Shown one piece after another: positions 14,001 to 27,400 of a stretch of DNA of 64,000 bases. Every line of letters begins with the position of its first letter. Within the stretch, counting starts at the first letter, position 1. The notes beneath the pieces are model-generated. The model was not told where the DNA came from. It did not search any database and saw only the letters and a list, made by a program, of their open reading frames with translations. The translations under genes were made by a program, and so were the position numbers. The DNA is from Octopus bimaculoides (lineage: Eukaryota). The stretch spans positions 17,215,397-17,279,396 of the forward strand of contig NC_068991.1 in NCBI RefSeq assembly GCF_001194135.2, read 5' to 3'.

Positions 14001-14220
14001 CCCTTTATTATTTAAACCAACCATATCTGGCCTAAATATTCTGCTTGTTTTTTGCTGAAATTGGCCAGACCCTGTTTTACACACCTACTCAGCAATGTCC
14101 TTCTAAAACTAAACAATCACATTGTTGAAATCTTGAAGCTATGAGATAATGCATGATCAATTCAAAACAATGTGAATGAATAAGCTATACATTTGACAGA
14201 GTAATCAAAATGCTAAAGGG
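14001..14220. mobile_element. piggyBac-type MITE (family 1); relatives at 6217-6400, 42166-42389 and 52829-53024
   Basis: TTAA|CCCTTT...AATGCTAAAGGG|TTAA, with a shared internal sequence (CCATATCTGGCC, GCTATGAGAT). Confidence 0.8.
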
Positions 14221-17014
14221 TTAATATTCTATTTATAATGAACCAACATTGATTCCATGAATCTAGTCCTTGAAAAAGTTCTCTAATGAAGACATCGAAC
14301 CTAATGTCCTTCAAAAGTATTAAGATAGAATTACATATCAGTTTTACATCTCACTCACGCATGAACAATACGCAACTGGAGTTCATAAAGTTGCCACAAT
14401 TAACTAAGATATTTGTAGCAACTCTGTGTATTTGTGTGTATTCATACATTTTACTAATAGTCCTATTTACAGCAAGGTACATTGATCTATTGGAAGTTGG
14501 GTCTCTTTGCCATAGATACATCGCACCAGCAACAGGATATAAACTGCTGATTTATTTTTTTTCTGACCGGTAGTCTGGCATCCCTTTGACTTCTTAACCT
14601 GCAAAATTTGTGGATTGAAACAACTTTATAAAACTTGGCGACCTGCCCAAGTTGGCACAGCAGTCATTGATAGCTGTCCGTAAACCTGTATCAGTCTTTT
14701 TGCCGAATACTTGCTTGCTTTTTGTTACTCTTACACTCACACCCTCGAAATTATCAGTTCTTGACCCTCTAAACTCTTATAAGAGGAAGGTATGTTGCTC
14801 ACATACTTGCACATGCATGCATAAACACATATGCACACACACCATATATATCTACCTCTTGTTCTAATGAACTTAGCTAGGAAACGAACATCTTCCTTCC
14901 TGTAAGGTATCAGTCAATCATAAAACTATTCTTATGTCCTTTTTTTCCTTCATCCAAACTAGCCACAGTCTGTCTTACATTACCCTCACTTCTCTTCAGT
15001 TTCTCTTCCTTGTTCTCAACATAAAGGCAACAAATTTCAATTTAGCACTTCGAGCTAATGAGACCCTCACTGATCAATAATACAGTACTGGAACATTGGA
15101 CTAAATATCTTTAATTTGTGATGCTGCATAGCAGTGAGACTTAAGTATTGAATATGAAAAATTTTGCTGAGTCTGGAGTGAAATGTTGTGGTCAGTTGGA
15201 TGTGGTTTGTATGGACATGCGGTGTGAATGAATGATAAATGCTGTGTAGAAAAGTGTTGTCAGTGGAGTGTATCTATGGAAACAACAACTACTGCAGCAC
15301 AGTTAATCATAAAGACTGTCTGAGCTGAAACTGCTTGTATTACTTTGTCAGCAGAGTGATCTCAGCTATAGAGGTTGTTGAATACTACAACCATGCTGCA
15401 GAAGAGCAGGAGTAGTATCCAACCCTTTAATGTGTATGGCATCTCATCAAGCCTGGTTAGATTGCCATGCTAACTATTGAGCTAATAATGAGTTCTCTTC
15501 CCTAGCAATCAAATATTCAGAGCACACCCTATGATTCCCCACATCAAAAAAAAGGACATTAGATTGTGTAATCTTAGATACACTGTTGCACGACTACAGT
15601 GCCTTTCATCAAAGGTCTACTTGGTCAGGACTGGTGCTGCACAGCGACTAGTTACTGTAATCCTACTTTTTCAGGCTTAAATAAGGGTTCTCATAGACGG
15701 GCTGTAATTCTAGAGTTGTGTTCAGCCTTACTACTATGTAGCACACCCCAGTCCATAGTCAGCCTTAACTCTGATGCTTATTAATTTTCTCCTTCATCTA
15801 TGTTTTCTTTTAATATCTTTATTCCTTTTCCTTCTGATGGTAACTGAAACCATAACATCTGGAGCTACAACAAATATACTTTCCTTTGGTTTCAACAAAA
15901 ATTATTTTAGTTATTGATAAACTTAATTGCCTTATTCATTGTATTAAAATGTAAATGGCTGGTTATTTCAGATATTTGTACTCTTAATGTAATCTTCTAG
16001 CAGAATCAGCATGAGACTGCAACAAGACTGGATCTTTTAAAGTTATAGATATGGTCCAGCAGGTTTCCACATGAGTTCCCAATCTACTTCATTTCATTCA
16101 CAAGACTCAGACTAACCCATGGCTCTTGTAGAAGGTATTTGCCAAAGATGACACTGAATGAGTTGGAACTCAAAACTTTGTGATTGAAATGTAGTTACAG
16201 ACATGCAACCATGTTGAATGATAAAGATACATTAGGATATGGTTTGTAAATTGATAAAAACAAAAAAAATTTTTTTAAATGTTCATTAATTAGAGTTCCA
16301 TTGAACTGAATCTGCTTACCCAGGTTCAAATTTCCCTTGTACCTCAATGGCAAAAAAGATCACCATACCCAAACTCTGAAGTCAATAATTGCTTGATGAC
16401 CCATTGATGGGTAATTGTGGTCATGAAAGATCAAGCTGGTGACAACTGTTTACTGCACATTTGCTTAAAGGAAAGTGGTTAGAGGCAGATATATACTCAG
16501 AAGAGGAACAGTTTTTTGTGGGGTTGGATATGATGCTTGTCTCTCACCCAGACTTTCTTTGTTTTCTATCCTGGATTTACTCCAGCTAGACACATCTACA
16601 TGTATATGTATGCTCCCACTAGTAAGTCCATCTATTCACTTGTCCATCAGTCAATGAAGACACTTTGTTTTCTTTGATTATGGATCTTTTGATGATTGTA
16701 CTTAAAGATCAGTAGTAATGGATTATGCAGTCACATGACTAACTGAAGAACTGCAAGTATTACCATGTGCAATCTTTAGTTATAAAACAACTATTTCCCA
16801 TTTCATTGTCAAAGATGTGCACAAGACCCCATCTGCCATGATCAACCATCTAAGATTCATGATCCGTGTTGCAACAGGAGATATCTACCAAATGTAGTGG
16901 TGTCATAGGTACTTGTTTCTCATATCACTGTGGCAAAGGTGATCCGAAATGACTGGTACTTCCTCTTAGCCCTATGAAGCTGCTGGAAACCCAGACTGTC
17001 AGAAAGCACCTTGA

Positions 17015-17231
17015 CCCTTTTGATACCAACCTGGCTGAAACCACTTCTGGCTCTGTATTATAAATGTCTTATTTTCATAAGTTTTGAATTAAAATCTTCC
17101 AAATCTTAGTCACAGTTTACGTTCCTAACACTAGCTTAATGATAACTGAGTTATTTTACTAAATTCTTTGTTATATTTAAAATTAATTGAGAGAAACAGA
17201 GCATCTCAAAATAAATTCAGAAATGAAAGGG
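17015..17231. mobile_element. piggyBac-type MITE (family 2); relatives at 5527-5710 and 51434-51653
   Basis: TT(G/A)A|CCCTTT...AAAGGG|TTAA, with a shared internal block (GTGATCTAAAT, TTTTACTAAATTCTTT). Confidence 0.75.
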
Positions 17232-17480
17232 TTAAAACTGACCACCACATTTTTCTCTCCCAGGATGTACTCACCTAGCCTTCTTCTTGGACTCAACCAC
17301 AAGGCAGTATTACATTCCCACAAGCCCTATCAACTTTTCCCCTAGGCACAAGCTCTGATCAGAACCAGGGGTCCATCATTCTCGAAGTAGTTTGCAGCAT
17401 CCTTATTGTAACTTCAATTTTTTAACAGCATCAAGTGTATTTTTTCCCTCTCAGCATTGCCGATATATGTACACATGGGT

Positions 17481-18382
17481 TCCTTTTTGTCCATTGCATG
17501 TGTGTGTATCTTTTGTCCATTGCATGTGTGTGTGTCTTTTGCCCATTGCATGTGTGTGTGTCTTTTGTCCATTGCATGTTTGTGTGTCTTTTGCCCATTG
17601 CATGTGTGTATCTTTTGCCCATTGCATGTGTGCGTGTCTTTTATCCATTGCGTGTGTGCGTGTCTTTTATCCATTGCGTGTGTGCGTGTCTTTTATCCAT
17701 TGCGTGTGTGCGTGTCTTTTATCCATTGCGTGTGTGCGTGTCTTTTATCCATTGCGTGTGTGCGTGTCTTTTATCCATTGCGTGTGTGCGTGTCTTTTAT
17801 CCATTGCGTGTGTGCGTGTCTTTTGCCTATTGCGTGTGTGTGTGTGTCTTTTGCCCATTGCATGTGTGCGTGTCTTTGGTCCATTGCATGTGCATGTATT
17901 TAGTTCATTGCATGTGTGTGTGTGTGTCTAGGGTCTGTTGCACGTGTGTCTTTGGTCCATTGTGTGTGCGTGTCTTTGCTCCATTGTGTGTGTGTGCCTT
18001 TGGTCCGTTGTGTGTGTGTGTCTTTGGTCCATTGTATGTGCGTGTCTTGGTCCGTTGCACATGCAGCGTGCGCATGCATGTCCGTTGCGTGTGCACGCTT
18101 GTCTTTGGTCCATTGTGTGTGCATGCACGCCTTCGGTCCATTGCACATGCACACGTCTTTGGTCCATTGCACGTGCATGCATATCCTTGGTCCATTGCAT
18201 GTGCGTGCATATCCTTGGTTCATTGCACATGTGCGCATGTCTTTGGTCCATTGCATGTGTGTGCATGTGTCTTTGGTCCATTGCGTGCATGCATGTTGTC
18301 TTTGGTCCATTGCACATGTGCACATGCATCTTTGGTCCATTGCACGTGTATGCTTGTTTTGACCAATGCATGCATGCATGTC
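17481..18382. repeat. ~26-bp minisatellite (consensus GTCTTT(T/G)GTCCATTGCATGTGTG) with seven identical units at 17634-17815
   Basis: Directly visible. The identical unit is GTGTCTTTTATCCATTGCGTGTGTGC. Confidence 0.95.
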
Positions 18383-21300
18383 TGTGATTGATCAACACAT
18401 TGTGTGTCTTTTCAATCTCTTATGATTCTGTCTTTATACAACTATTTGATATGGTTTCTCCCAGTTGTTCATCTATCCTTATAGACGCACAACTCACTCT
18501 TCAGCATAAAACCATCTTCAATATATCTGAAAGAACTGTTTATTTTAAAGGCACACACTTATGTGGATGTTCCAAGCTGCTGACACACATACAATCCTGC
18601 ATATATACATGCATACTTATATATATTTGCATATGTATAGATATGATGTATGCGTACATATATATATATTTACATATACATAGTTGTGCTTGTACATGCA
18701 TAGACATATGCACTCACATGTGAATGTATAATGTTAAGACTTGTTCATCTATAAAGAACATCTGTTTGACTTCCTAGGTAGATCTATCTGGTTGCTATAT
18801 TTGCTCTGGTCTTCACTGTTTCAAATTCCCCTGTCTGTTTGTTTACATTGCCGATACTTATGTACAATTAAAGAAAAGGGGGTTTTCATAAACGGTAGCA
18901 AGAATTTTGTTCAGTAGTAAAGTGTAACATTACTGGGTGCTCTTATTTATTTTTGTACACTAGTTAGACATCATTTGGTTCTTGGTTCAAATTGTCACTA
19001 AGTTAAGCACTAAGCCTGTTTTAAAGTGAAGTTCACAAGTTCGGTTAAGTTATGAATGCAGGTCTTTCATTTGAGAAAAAAGTTTTTCAATGCTCCTTTT
19101 TTTTTTTTTTTACCCCTCTCCCCTTTTCTCTTTTAATGGTTTTGTGCATATACTTTTCTTTTCATGTCTTTAGTGCCAGTGTATTTAAAGGTTCTATCAT
19201 TGTACCCCCACTATGTTCTATGGCATATTTGTTGTTGTTCAACCTCCTGATCAGTCCTGATTAAGCAGGTCCATCTTTATAAACGTTTTCTTAAGGTAAG
19301 AGGGTGTAATTTAGAGAAAATTTAACTGCTATTTCTAGCAAGTCAGAGGTGGGCACCTAGAGGCCTCTTTGCTTGTTTATGAAGATCCTACACAGACTTT
19401 AATGTATGAAGCTCTGGCTGCTAAGAGAACTCAAGGTTTTACAACTTAATATGAAATAATAATATTGATGAAATTTGTAATCTGTTATTTTACAATACTC
19501 CAGTCCCAGTTGGCTGAGCTCTCAGAACACAAAGGGACACATCTAAATACTGCAGGGCATTAAAAGGACTGTGGTGGGACTGCTGCTGTGGAAAGAGACC
19601 CCTGGAGAATAACTGTCCAGCATAGGGGACCAAGATATCCCAGGAGTTGTAATACTGAGATATGGTTTGGGTGATTTATAATTGTATAATTGAGTTGGAG
19701 TGTGTAGGTAAATGAAGTTTAGCTGCATTTCTAACCAATATTTAGTTGTAGTTGTGAGTGCTGCTGTGTAGTAAGACGTTTTCCTCTCAACCACATGGTT
19801 CTGTTTCTCTTTATTTCTGAGTTCAATCCCATCAGGATCAACTTTGTCTTTCATCCTTTCACAGTTGATTAAAAAAAAAAATTTTCTTTTAACGAAGTAC
19901 AACCTAGGCTAGTGGATTGACACCACTGTTAGTGTTTGGTGAAATTCCTTGCAGTAACTGTTCCCGCAATACTCTTGACAATATTGGTGCAAAGCTATAG
20001 CAGTCCAAGTTGGTGGTCTTTCTCATGGGTAAATATCAGTAGCACAGACAGGGGAGACATGTAGACTTGTATACATGAGCAACTACTGGTCTTCCACAAA
20101 AATTTTACCTAAGCACATAAGTAGGCTGCATCATGATTAATATTGACCAGTGGAAGACCTACAATTGTGGTCCACTGGGGTCCGCAACACACCTCTGAAG
20201 GCAGGATAAGGTTTACAAATAACCTATGTGGAGCCCATTTCCTATTCATTACTAAAATAGTTACTTGGGTTTACTGTAATACTTTGTACTGTAAATTTGT
20301 AAATATTGTTCACATGTAAAGAAATTCATTTTATTTAAGAAAGTTTCTCTTAGATAATATTGGATTGAATATGTAATGGTATTATTTGGATGAGAAGTTG
20401 AAAGTGACAAGACTGAATGATGATGACACATCAGAGAAAAGAATGGATGAAGAACAATATTTCTTAAAGATGGCCATTTATTTGGTTGATTATAATGTCG
20501 TTACAATATAAAATAAAAACGACATAGTTTGTAGGTGTATACATGTATTACTAGTTTAACAGGGTTCCTTGGATTCTTTGCATGTGGAAACTTCATTGTC
20601 TGCTACTAGAGAGGGAAGCTATCTCACCATAAATAGTTTATCTGTTTTCTTAAAAGATACAACTAAAAAGACTTGCAGATCCATCTCATGGTCATGGCAG
20701 GCAAAATGGAAAAGGCGTTGCCCTGAGGGATGGCAAGAGAGATGCACTTGAACAGACATTTCGACTCAAAGGGCTTGCACTTGCAGATAGCCATCTGTTT
20801 CATTAGCAGTGAGCAGGGATGTAGTCTGAGGTCGAAGAACACTGGAGGTCTCCACTGCTTGACAACAAATCTGTCATAAAAGTGACCGAGTGTGACAGGA
20901 AGATGGAAAGAAATACTTTGCTGGGTAATCATGGCTGAAAGGAAGGATACATTTTGCTGAGAAAAAGGAATTCCACTGATAGGCAGAAAAGGACTAAATG
21001 CTGTTGCTGAGAGAGAGAATATATATATGGTTTGAAAGAGAAAGGACAATGTTTTGATAGCTATTTAGCAAGTGATGCAGTGTATCTATCATGTGATGAG
21101 AATAAAAAGAGCAGCAGCTGATCTGTCATGTGATCAACAGAAAAGAAAACACTGTATTTTGTTTGATTCAGTTATAATTTTTGACATCTTGTATGCAGTT
21201 GTAATTTCATAATAGTTATTAAACATCTAAGAAAAATATTGGAAATTGTGTGTGTGGAAACATTTTTATACTTGAGAATTATTTGTATAGAAAGATTGTA

Positions 21301-22166
21301 TATATTTCATGTGTGCGTGTTTACACAAAGGCATGAATATGGATATTTCTGCAAATGTTTGCCTCTTTGTTATACCCATAAGGAACTAGGATAGGGAGAT
21401 AGAGCAATCACTTCAGTAACAATTTTCCTTATTTGAATTCCTTTCCTATTCGGTTATGAAGGTTGGTGGGGTGGGGTTGGGGAATAAATATCTTGATCAT
21501 TTCAATATATTCTTTTATCTCACACACTCTCACCCTAGCTTGCTTGCCCTCTTGTGCCCACCCACTTCACCTCTTGCACCCACCTGCTTTGCCTCTCATG
21601 CCCTCCGTCCCATGTTGTTCACCTGCTTGTCAATATTGCATATGCCCACCACATCTCCTTGCACTATCTTTCTCACCTGTACATATGCATTTTGTTACAC
21701 TACACTTTCCTTGCACATTCATTTGTACATATATTTTTACATTCACTCAATTGTATACAACACTTCTCTTTCTCAGTTGCACATATTTTTCTATCTTTCT
21801 CCCACTTGCTTGCTTCCTTGCAATCTCTCTAAAGTTTTCTACTTGCACACACCATTTTCTCTCTATCATCTGTTTTATCATTTAGTAAATTAAAAAAATT
21901 ATCCATGAAATTTGTTAGGATAAGCATGTTTTACAATCATGTGTCTTTGTACTTACAGAGGAATCCTTGCATTTTATTAGGGTTGCTGTCCAAAAATTTA
22001 ATGAATAAGGAAATTTTTAAGCCTGTTCCAAAATGTGCTTTCTCTTTAAAGTGTGTTGGTCATTTTTGGGAAGCAAGGAACTATTGAAATGAAAAATCTT
22101 GTTTGTGTGCTTTTGCTGTTTTTGTTTTTCCTCCTTCCATTTTTTTCCCTTCTCCTGTTAATTCAG

Positions 22167-22292
22167 CCAAAATTTTAAAAGTTTTCAACAGAAAATTCTG
22201 CGAAAAGCGTTCTCTAGATTTTCTTCCTTCCTTAACAGAGTTCCTATCGTGTTGGATTGTCCAGTACGTCTAGTTGGTTATCGCAGTGAAAG
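22167..22292 (+). CDS. Candidate upstream exon (126 nt, phase 2-2; alternative internal acceptor at 22239): QNFKSFQQKILRKAFSRFSSFLNRVPIVLDCPVRLVGYRSE
   Basis: Long pyrimidine tract ending ttaattcag| and donor AAG|gtatgg. 41 codons are open in the frame compatible with the 57106 exon. Locally CpG-rich and not repeat-like. Could equally be 5' UTR. Confidence 0.35.
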
Positions 22293-22555
22293 GTATGGAT
22301 AAGTAGTTACATCTGACGCATGAGAATTTCCGTGATCATTTTTATTACTACTATTGCTATTATTATTATTATTATCATTCTCATTATTATTATTTCTCTC
22401 TTTTTTTCTCCTTTTACCAGGGTGTCTTTTTAAGTCTCTTAATTTGTTCCATTTGAGTCATTGTCATATTTTCAGTTCTGTCTCCAAACTCTTTGATTCT
22501 TTTATCATGTAATTGTTTACTTTTCCATTTCTTTTCATCATATTTGAATTCCATG

Positions 22556-22609
<54 letters not shown>

Positions 22610-23486
22610 TGTATGCATATATGCATGTGCATACACATGTACATATTTATACATATATCTTTTGGTCAGCAGTGTTTCAGTCTGTCAGGCTAAATATCTT
22701 TTTCTCTCTCTGTTTTTATTTTTTTTCCTTTATTTCATTTTGCATGCTATACATATATAATTATTATAATGCACTTTTTGTTTCTTTTTCTGTTTTGTGG
22801 TGGAAGCATGTTGACTGTAGACAAGAGAACAGAAGCTAGAGTTTCAATCCAGAAATCCAATTTGATGAAAGCAATGCGATTTTATCCTGAATTGGCTTAC
22901 CATTTTACTTGCTGCAGGACCTCCTGATATATTTAAGCATTGCCTCTCTTTTGAAAATAAATAAAATAAATCAATTAATTAAATTTTAATAAAAAAAAGA
23001 TAAAATATGAATTAAAAGGAACTTACTACATTCTTGTTCTGTCCAGTAAATATAACTGCCAAATTTCCCTCACAATCTACAACCCTTTTGTTACTAATAT
23101 CATGAGGCATTTTATTCAACACTCATCTATATATATAAATATCAGTAAAATTCACTGTTATTCATTACTGTTTGAAGAGGTGTAATCCAACACATTTCAT
23201 ATTCCTTCATTCCATTTTGTATTTCTTTCATATAGATATCGTTGACATAGCTATAAATATTATTTTTCATTGAGTACTCTGAAAAATACCTTACTCTGCT
23301 AAGGAGGTCTGATAAAACTGAAATATGTCCATTGCTTTCACCAGCTGGCTTTTATGATTAGACCTATTCTGTCTGCATTACCTTTTTCTAATAATTTTCT
23401 AATATATTCTCATAATTTCAAACTCATGGGAGAGAGCTGGAGCACTATCCCTTGATTTTTAGATATTTAGATATTTTTAGATATTT

Positions 23487-23622
23487 AGGGCATCCAGCTG
23501 TAGAAACTCTGCTAAATCAGATTGGAGCCTGGTGTAGCCATCTGGTTCACCAGTCCTCAGTCAAATCGTCCAACCCATGCTAGCATGGAAAGCGGACGTT
23601 AAACGATGATGATGATGATGAT
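23487..23622 (+). mobile_element. Young 5'-truncated SINE family B
   Basis: Differs from 29243-29379 at only about two positions by eye. (GAT)n tail. Confidence 0.9.
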
Positions 23623-24189
23623 AAAACACCTATAGAGGAAACTTTTGTTTATTGATCATATAGATAATCTCAGTTAATTGGGGGGTTTTTAAGGTTTTTT
23701 TTCTTCTCAACTCTCCATATTGCATCACATTTGAGAGACCCTATCACATCTATGTATATTTAGTATGTAAAACACTCTTTTGAGATTCTTTCTCCTTTTA
23801 CACACACACAGAACAAGTAATTGTTTATTTGGTCATAATTCAAGATAAACTGATTGCCAGTTATGCTTAAAAAATATTCATGATAATATCATTGGTAACT
23901 TAATAAACATTGAACTTTGAAAGTTTTCTAATGAAACATAGCACAAAGGGATTGAAAGTAAACTCTAGATTGTGTACTCTAGTTTCGTTCTGTTTTTCAA
24001 TGTAACATTCTTCTGTAGAGATTTCAAATTTTGCATGCTTTTCATACTAACTTTTTGCCATTTGTACATAACTGTCTGGAAGCAAGTGACAAACAAAGCA
24101 GAGGAAGTATTTAAAGATAAAAAAAGTAAATTACATTAATTATAGAAAGTAATAATGCATCTTAACATTGTTTGTCTCGTAATTTCTAA

Positions 24190-24420
24190 TACAGTTGTCT
24201 TTCTCTCTCTCTCTTTTTATCTTCTCTTCCCTCATTCTCTTTCTTTTCTTCTGTCTCTTCACCCTGTTTCTGTCTTTACTTCTCTCTTTGCCTTGTTGCT
24301 TTCCTCCTTCCCTCTCTTTGCTTCTGTCTCTTTTCTCCCTTTCTCTCTCTGTGTTTATCACCTTCCTCCTCCTCCTCTCTTCTTCCCCTCCTTTATCTCC
24401 CTGTCTATCTCAAAATACTT
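24190..24420. repeat. CT-rich low-complexity homopyrimidine tract
   Basis: About 230 bp that is almost entirely C/T on the plus strand. Confidence 0.85.
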
Positions 24421-27400
24421 TACTTTTCTTCCTATAGCAAACCTTATAGCAAATATTTCTTTAAAAAAATGCAAGAAAATTTTCTCCCACCATTGTAAAT
24501 CACTCAAACTGGTTGTGAACTTCAGTTCTTAAAATATTCAATAAGCTAAAGAGACTCACTGCTTCTCAGATTGCATACTAGGGCAACATTTTAAGGTAAA
24601 CTACCTTAAATTATTGCAAATTATTGCTGATTGGTGATGGATAGATGAACTGTGACACGCAAAATTGAATATATATCTTGCCCAGAGACACAATTAAATA
24701 CAGATATATCTGATCCGAAGTTCAATATCTATGCAAGACAGTTTAGATGTTTCACCATTAACAAAATATTTCAGGAATTGAAATCAATTCTTGATCCATT
24801 GTCAGTCTACAAGTGCCACTGTCATTTCTACCGTCATCACCATTTACTATCGTCGTTATTCTTGCACAGACTTTTGTTGTCTACTCACTATATTATTACT
24901 AAATTCTTTCTGCATGTATTTTTGTTTCTCTTAATCTCTCAGTTAATAGAAAATTGTTACCATTTACCATGCATTACCAATTATTGTCTGTGGCAAGATG
25001 ATTCCATTACACATAGTTAAAGAAGTGTCAGTACCTTATAGTCAAAGATATGGACAGTATTTACAAGATGTCAATTAGGCCAATGCATTTCGATGAGCTT
25101 GAAAAGGAAGCTCAGTCTGTTCAGTATAACTTAAGCTTGTGTTGTTTTTGTAGAGCTATGGGTCACACCCAATTACCATCTAGTTTTTTATTTTTTTATG
25201 TAGGACATTACCTAATGTAGTAACCATTTTTGTTAATGTAGTAAGGTGTGGTTTCAATGATGTTTAGCGAAATTCAAGCTGGTTGATAAATAATTAGAAA
25301 CATCCTCATTGGCTCATTTTTTTTAAAAGCATAATTTAGGATAATAGCAAAATTTAAGACTCTTTCAGTGTGTTAATTTTCATGTACAGAACTTGTGATG
25401 GTTTTAGTTATTTAGAGGTACACTGGAACAATTTTTTTCTCTTGGAGGGGTTGGGCTAAGCTAATGCAACTGAGAAAGGCATGTCATATTGTCTCATTTT
25501 CCCTTATTTTAATAAATCTTGAGAAGGAGAGTACATAAGTTGATAGATTAACTATTCATTTCATATCTTGCTTGTTGATTAACTTGTTCATTGTCTGGTG
25601 TACAGTGTTGGCCAAGACATTTGTAATGGCTCAGTTTGATTGGGTGAAAAACCGTAGAGTGGTACATGTATAACTCAGCTATAAAATGTTCCCTTCTACC
25701 AAACTATAAATAGTTAACACAGGTTGAGAGCAGCTCAAAACTGTACATAGTGACAGTACTCTAAAATAACGAGTCCTTTCAATACAGAATCCAAGTCCTC
25801 CAGAGGGAATATTGTTTAGGAAATGTACTCTGAGCAGCTGATAACTTAACCGGGATTCACAATAGGTCTTAAGTAGTTTTTAAGCTGGTTGTGGGCCTCA
25901 GCATATACCTTGAACATTATGTAAATAATTTTTTTATTTTTGTGCTTTAATTTGTAAAATAATCAAATTTTGAAGGAAATAGTAGTTTCCTTTGATTTCT
26001 AGATAGAAGCAAAGAGGAAATAACACTTGCTGACCAAAGAAAAAAATAAAAATAAAAATTTTGTTACAGTGTAGTCTTTGTTCTCACTTATAATAATAGG
26101 CGGGGTAACGTTGAACTTGGCATTACATAACTCCTGTGGTATTATTTTCAGCGGGAGGGGGTCACTGGGCTTCTATGGTGGTGGTAGGGATGCATACTGT
26201 GATTTCTTTAGCTGTGATCCCACAGTTTGTCTTGACCATCATTGACTACAAAACAATGCATAAGGAATAAAAGTAACTGTTAGTACAAATGCATATGGTA
26301 GGAAATCACGAACTAAACTAATATTCTGTGTTTCATATCTTATTACCTGTATCACATTTTGTCCACAGTAATACCTAAAACTCTTAGTTCAATTTCAGTT
26401 AATCATAAAATGTAGGTGCAGCATGAATGTACCTCTACTCTGGTAGGTTTGAGAGTTTAAGTCCTGTGTAATTGGGTCACTGTAGCTCTTTTGTATTCCT
26501 TTTGTTGTATTTCTAATGAGATGCATTGTCTGTCTATTTACCATTAACCTTTTTGTTACCCTGTATGTGTTGTCATCTACAGCCTTTGTTTCAGTTTATT
26601 TGAAGGTAATGAAGAAATTAGTAACATAAACTGGTGTTTGGAAGATAGATTGTGAAATTTTGATGGAAGGTTTTTAATTTAGATAACTTTAAAATGGAAT
26701 TTGCATCATACAAACTGGAGTGGTTTCAGATGGATCAGTAAAGGAAGGGTTAAGTTTGAGAATATAACTTCAGGTACGGCCATGTGATTTAAGAAGTTTG
26801 GATCTAGGTTCAATTCAAGTGCATAGTACTTTGGACATTTTCTTCTTCGGTGTCAGGTTGACCACTACCATGTGAGCAGAAGCTGGTAGATGAAAACAGC
26901 AGAGGTCCAACACACACACAAAATGTGCATGGCTTCTTTGTTTACTAGTATTGCGTGAAAAACATGAATTAGACTTGATAAATATAGATTAAACTGATAA
27001 ATACAGATTAATTTGATGCTCTAGCATGGTCACTGTTCAGTGGCAAAAATACAGCAAGGAATATAATCCAACATTCTGCCAATTCTGTTGTTCAACATAA
27101 TGAGGGAGATCACAATGTGGATGCTTGATCTTTTAGAAATGGCAGACAAATTATATTCTTTAGCCTTTAAAAAGAACACATTTGGATAATGTCTTCCTGG
27201 AAATACTATTGGGTAGATTAGCTTTGGTTGGACTATCTTTGGTCATAGGTCTGTTCAATCAGAGCTGACTTAGGTTTGAAACATCAAAACTATTTCTAAT
27301 TCTTCTTCATCATCCTTTTGTGTCTACTTTCCATGCTGAAGCATGAGTTAGATGGTTCAACAGGTCAATGGACTACACTGTACGCACAATCTCAGTTTTG

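Noticed and set aside
17634-17815. Regular repeats superficially like a CRISPR array
   Set aside because: The units are contiguous with no unique spacers, the context is eukaryotic, and there are no cas genes.
17392-18398. Many overlapping 100-318 aa Cys/His/Val-rich ORFs
   Set aside because: They are translations of the 26-bp (TG)-rich minisatellite, which lacks stops in most frames. There are no splice or start features, and they are not metallothionein or zinc-finger genes.
21461-21482. G-rich runs (also the GGGTGGAT x3 at ~43699) as G-quadruplexes
   Set aside because: Neither has four runs of three or more G.
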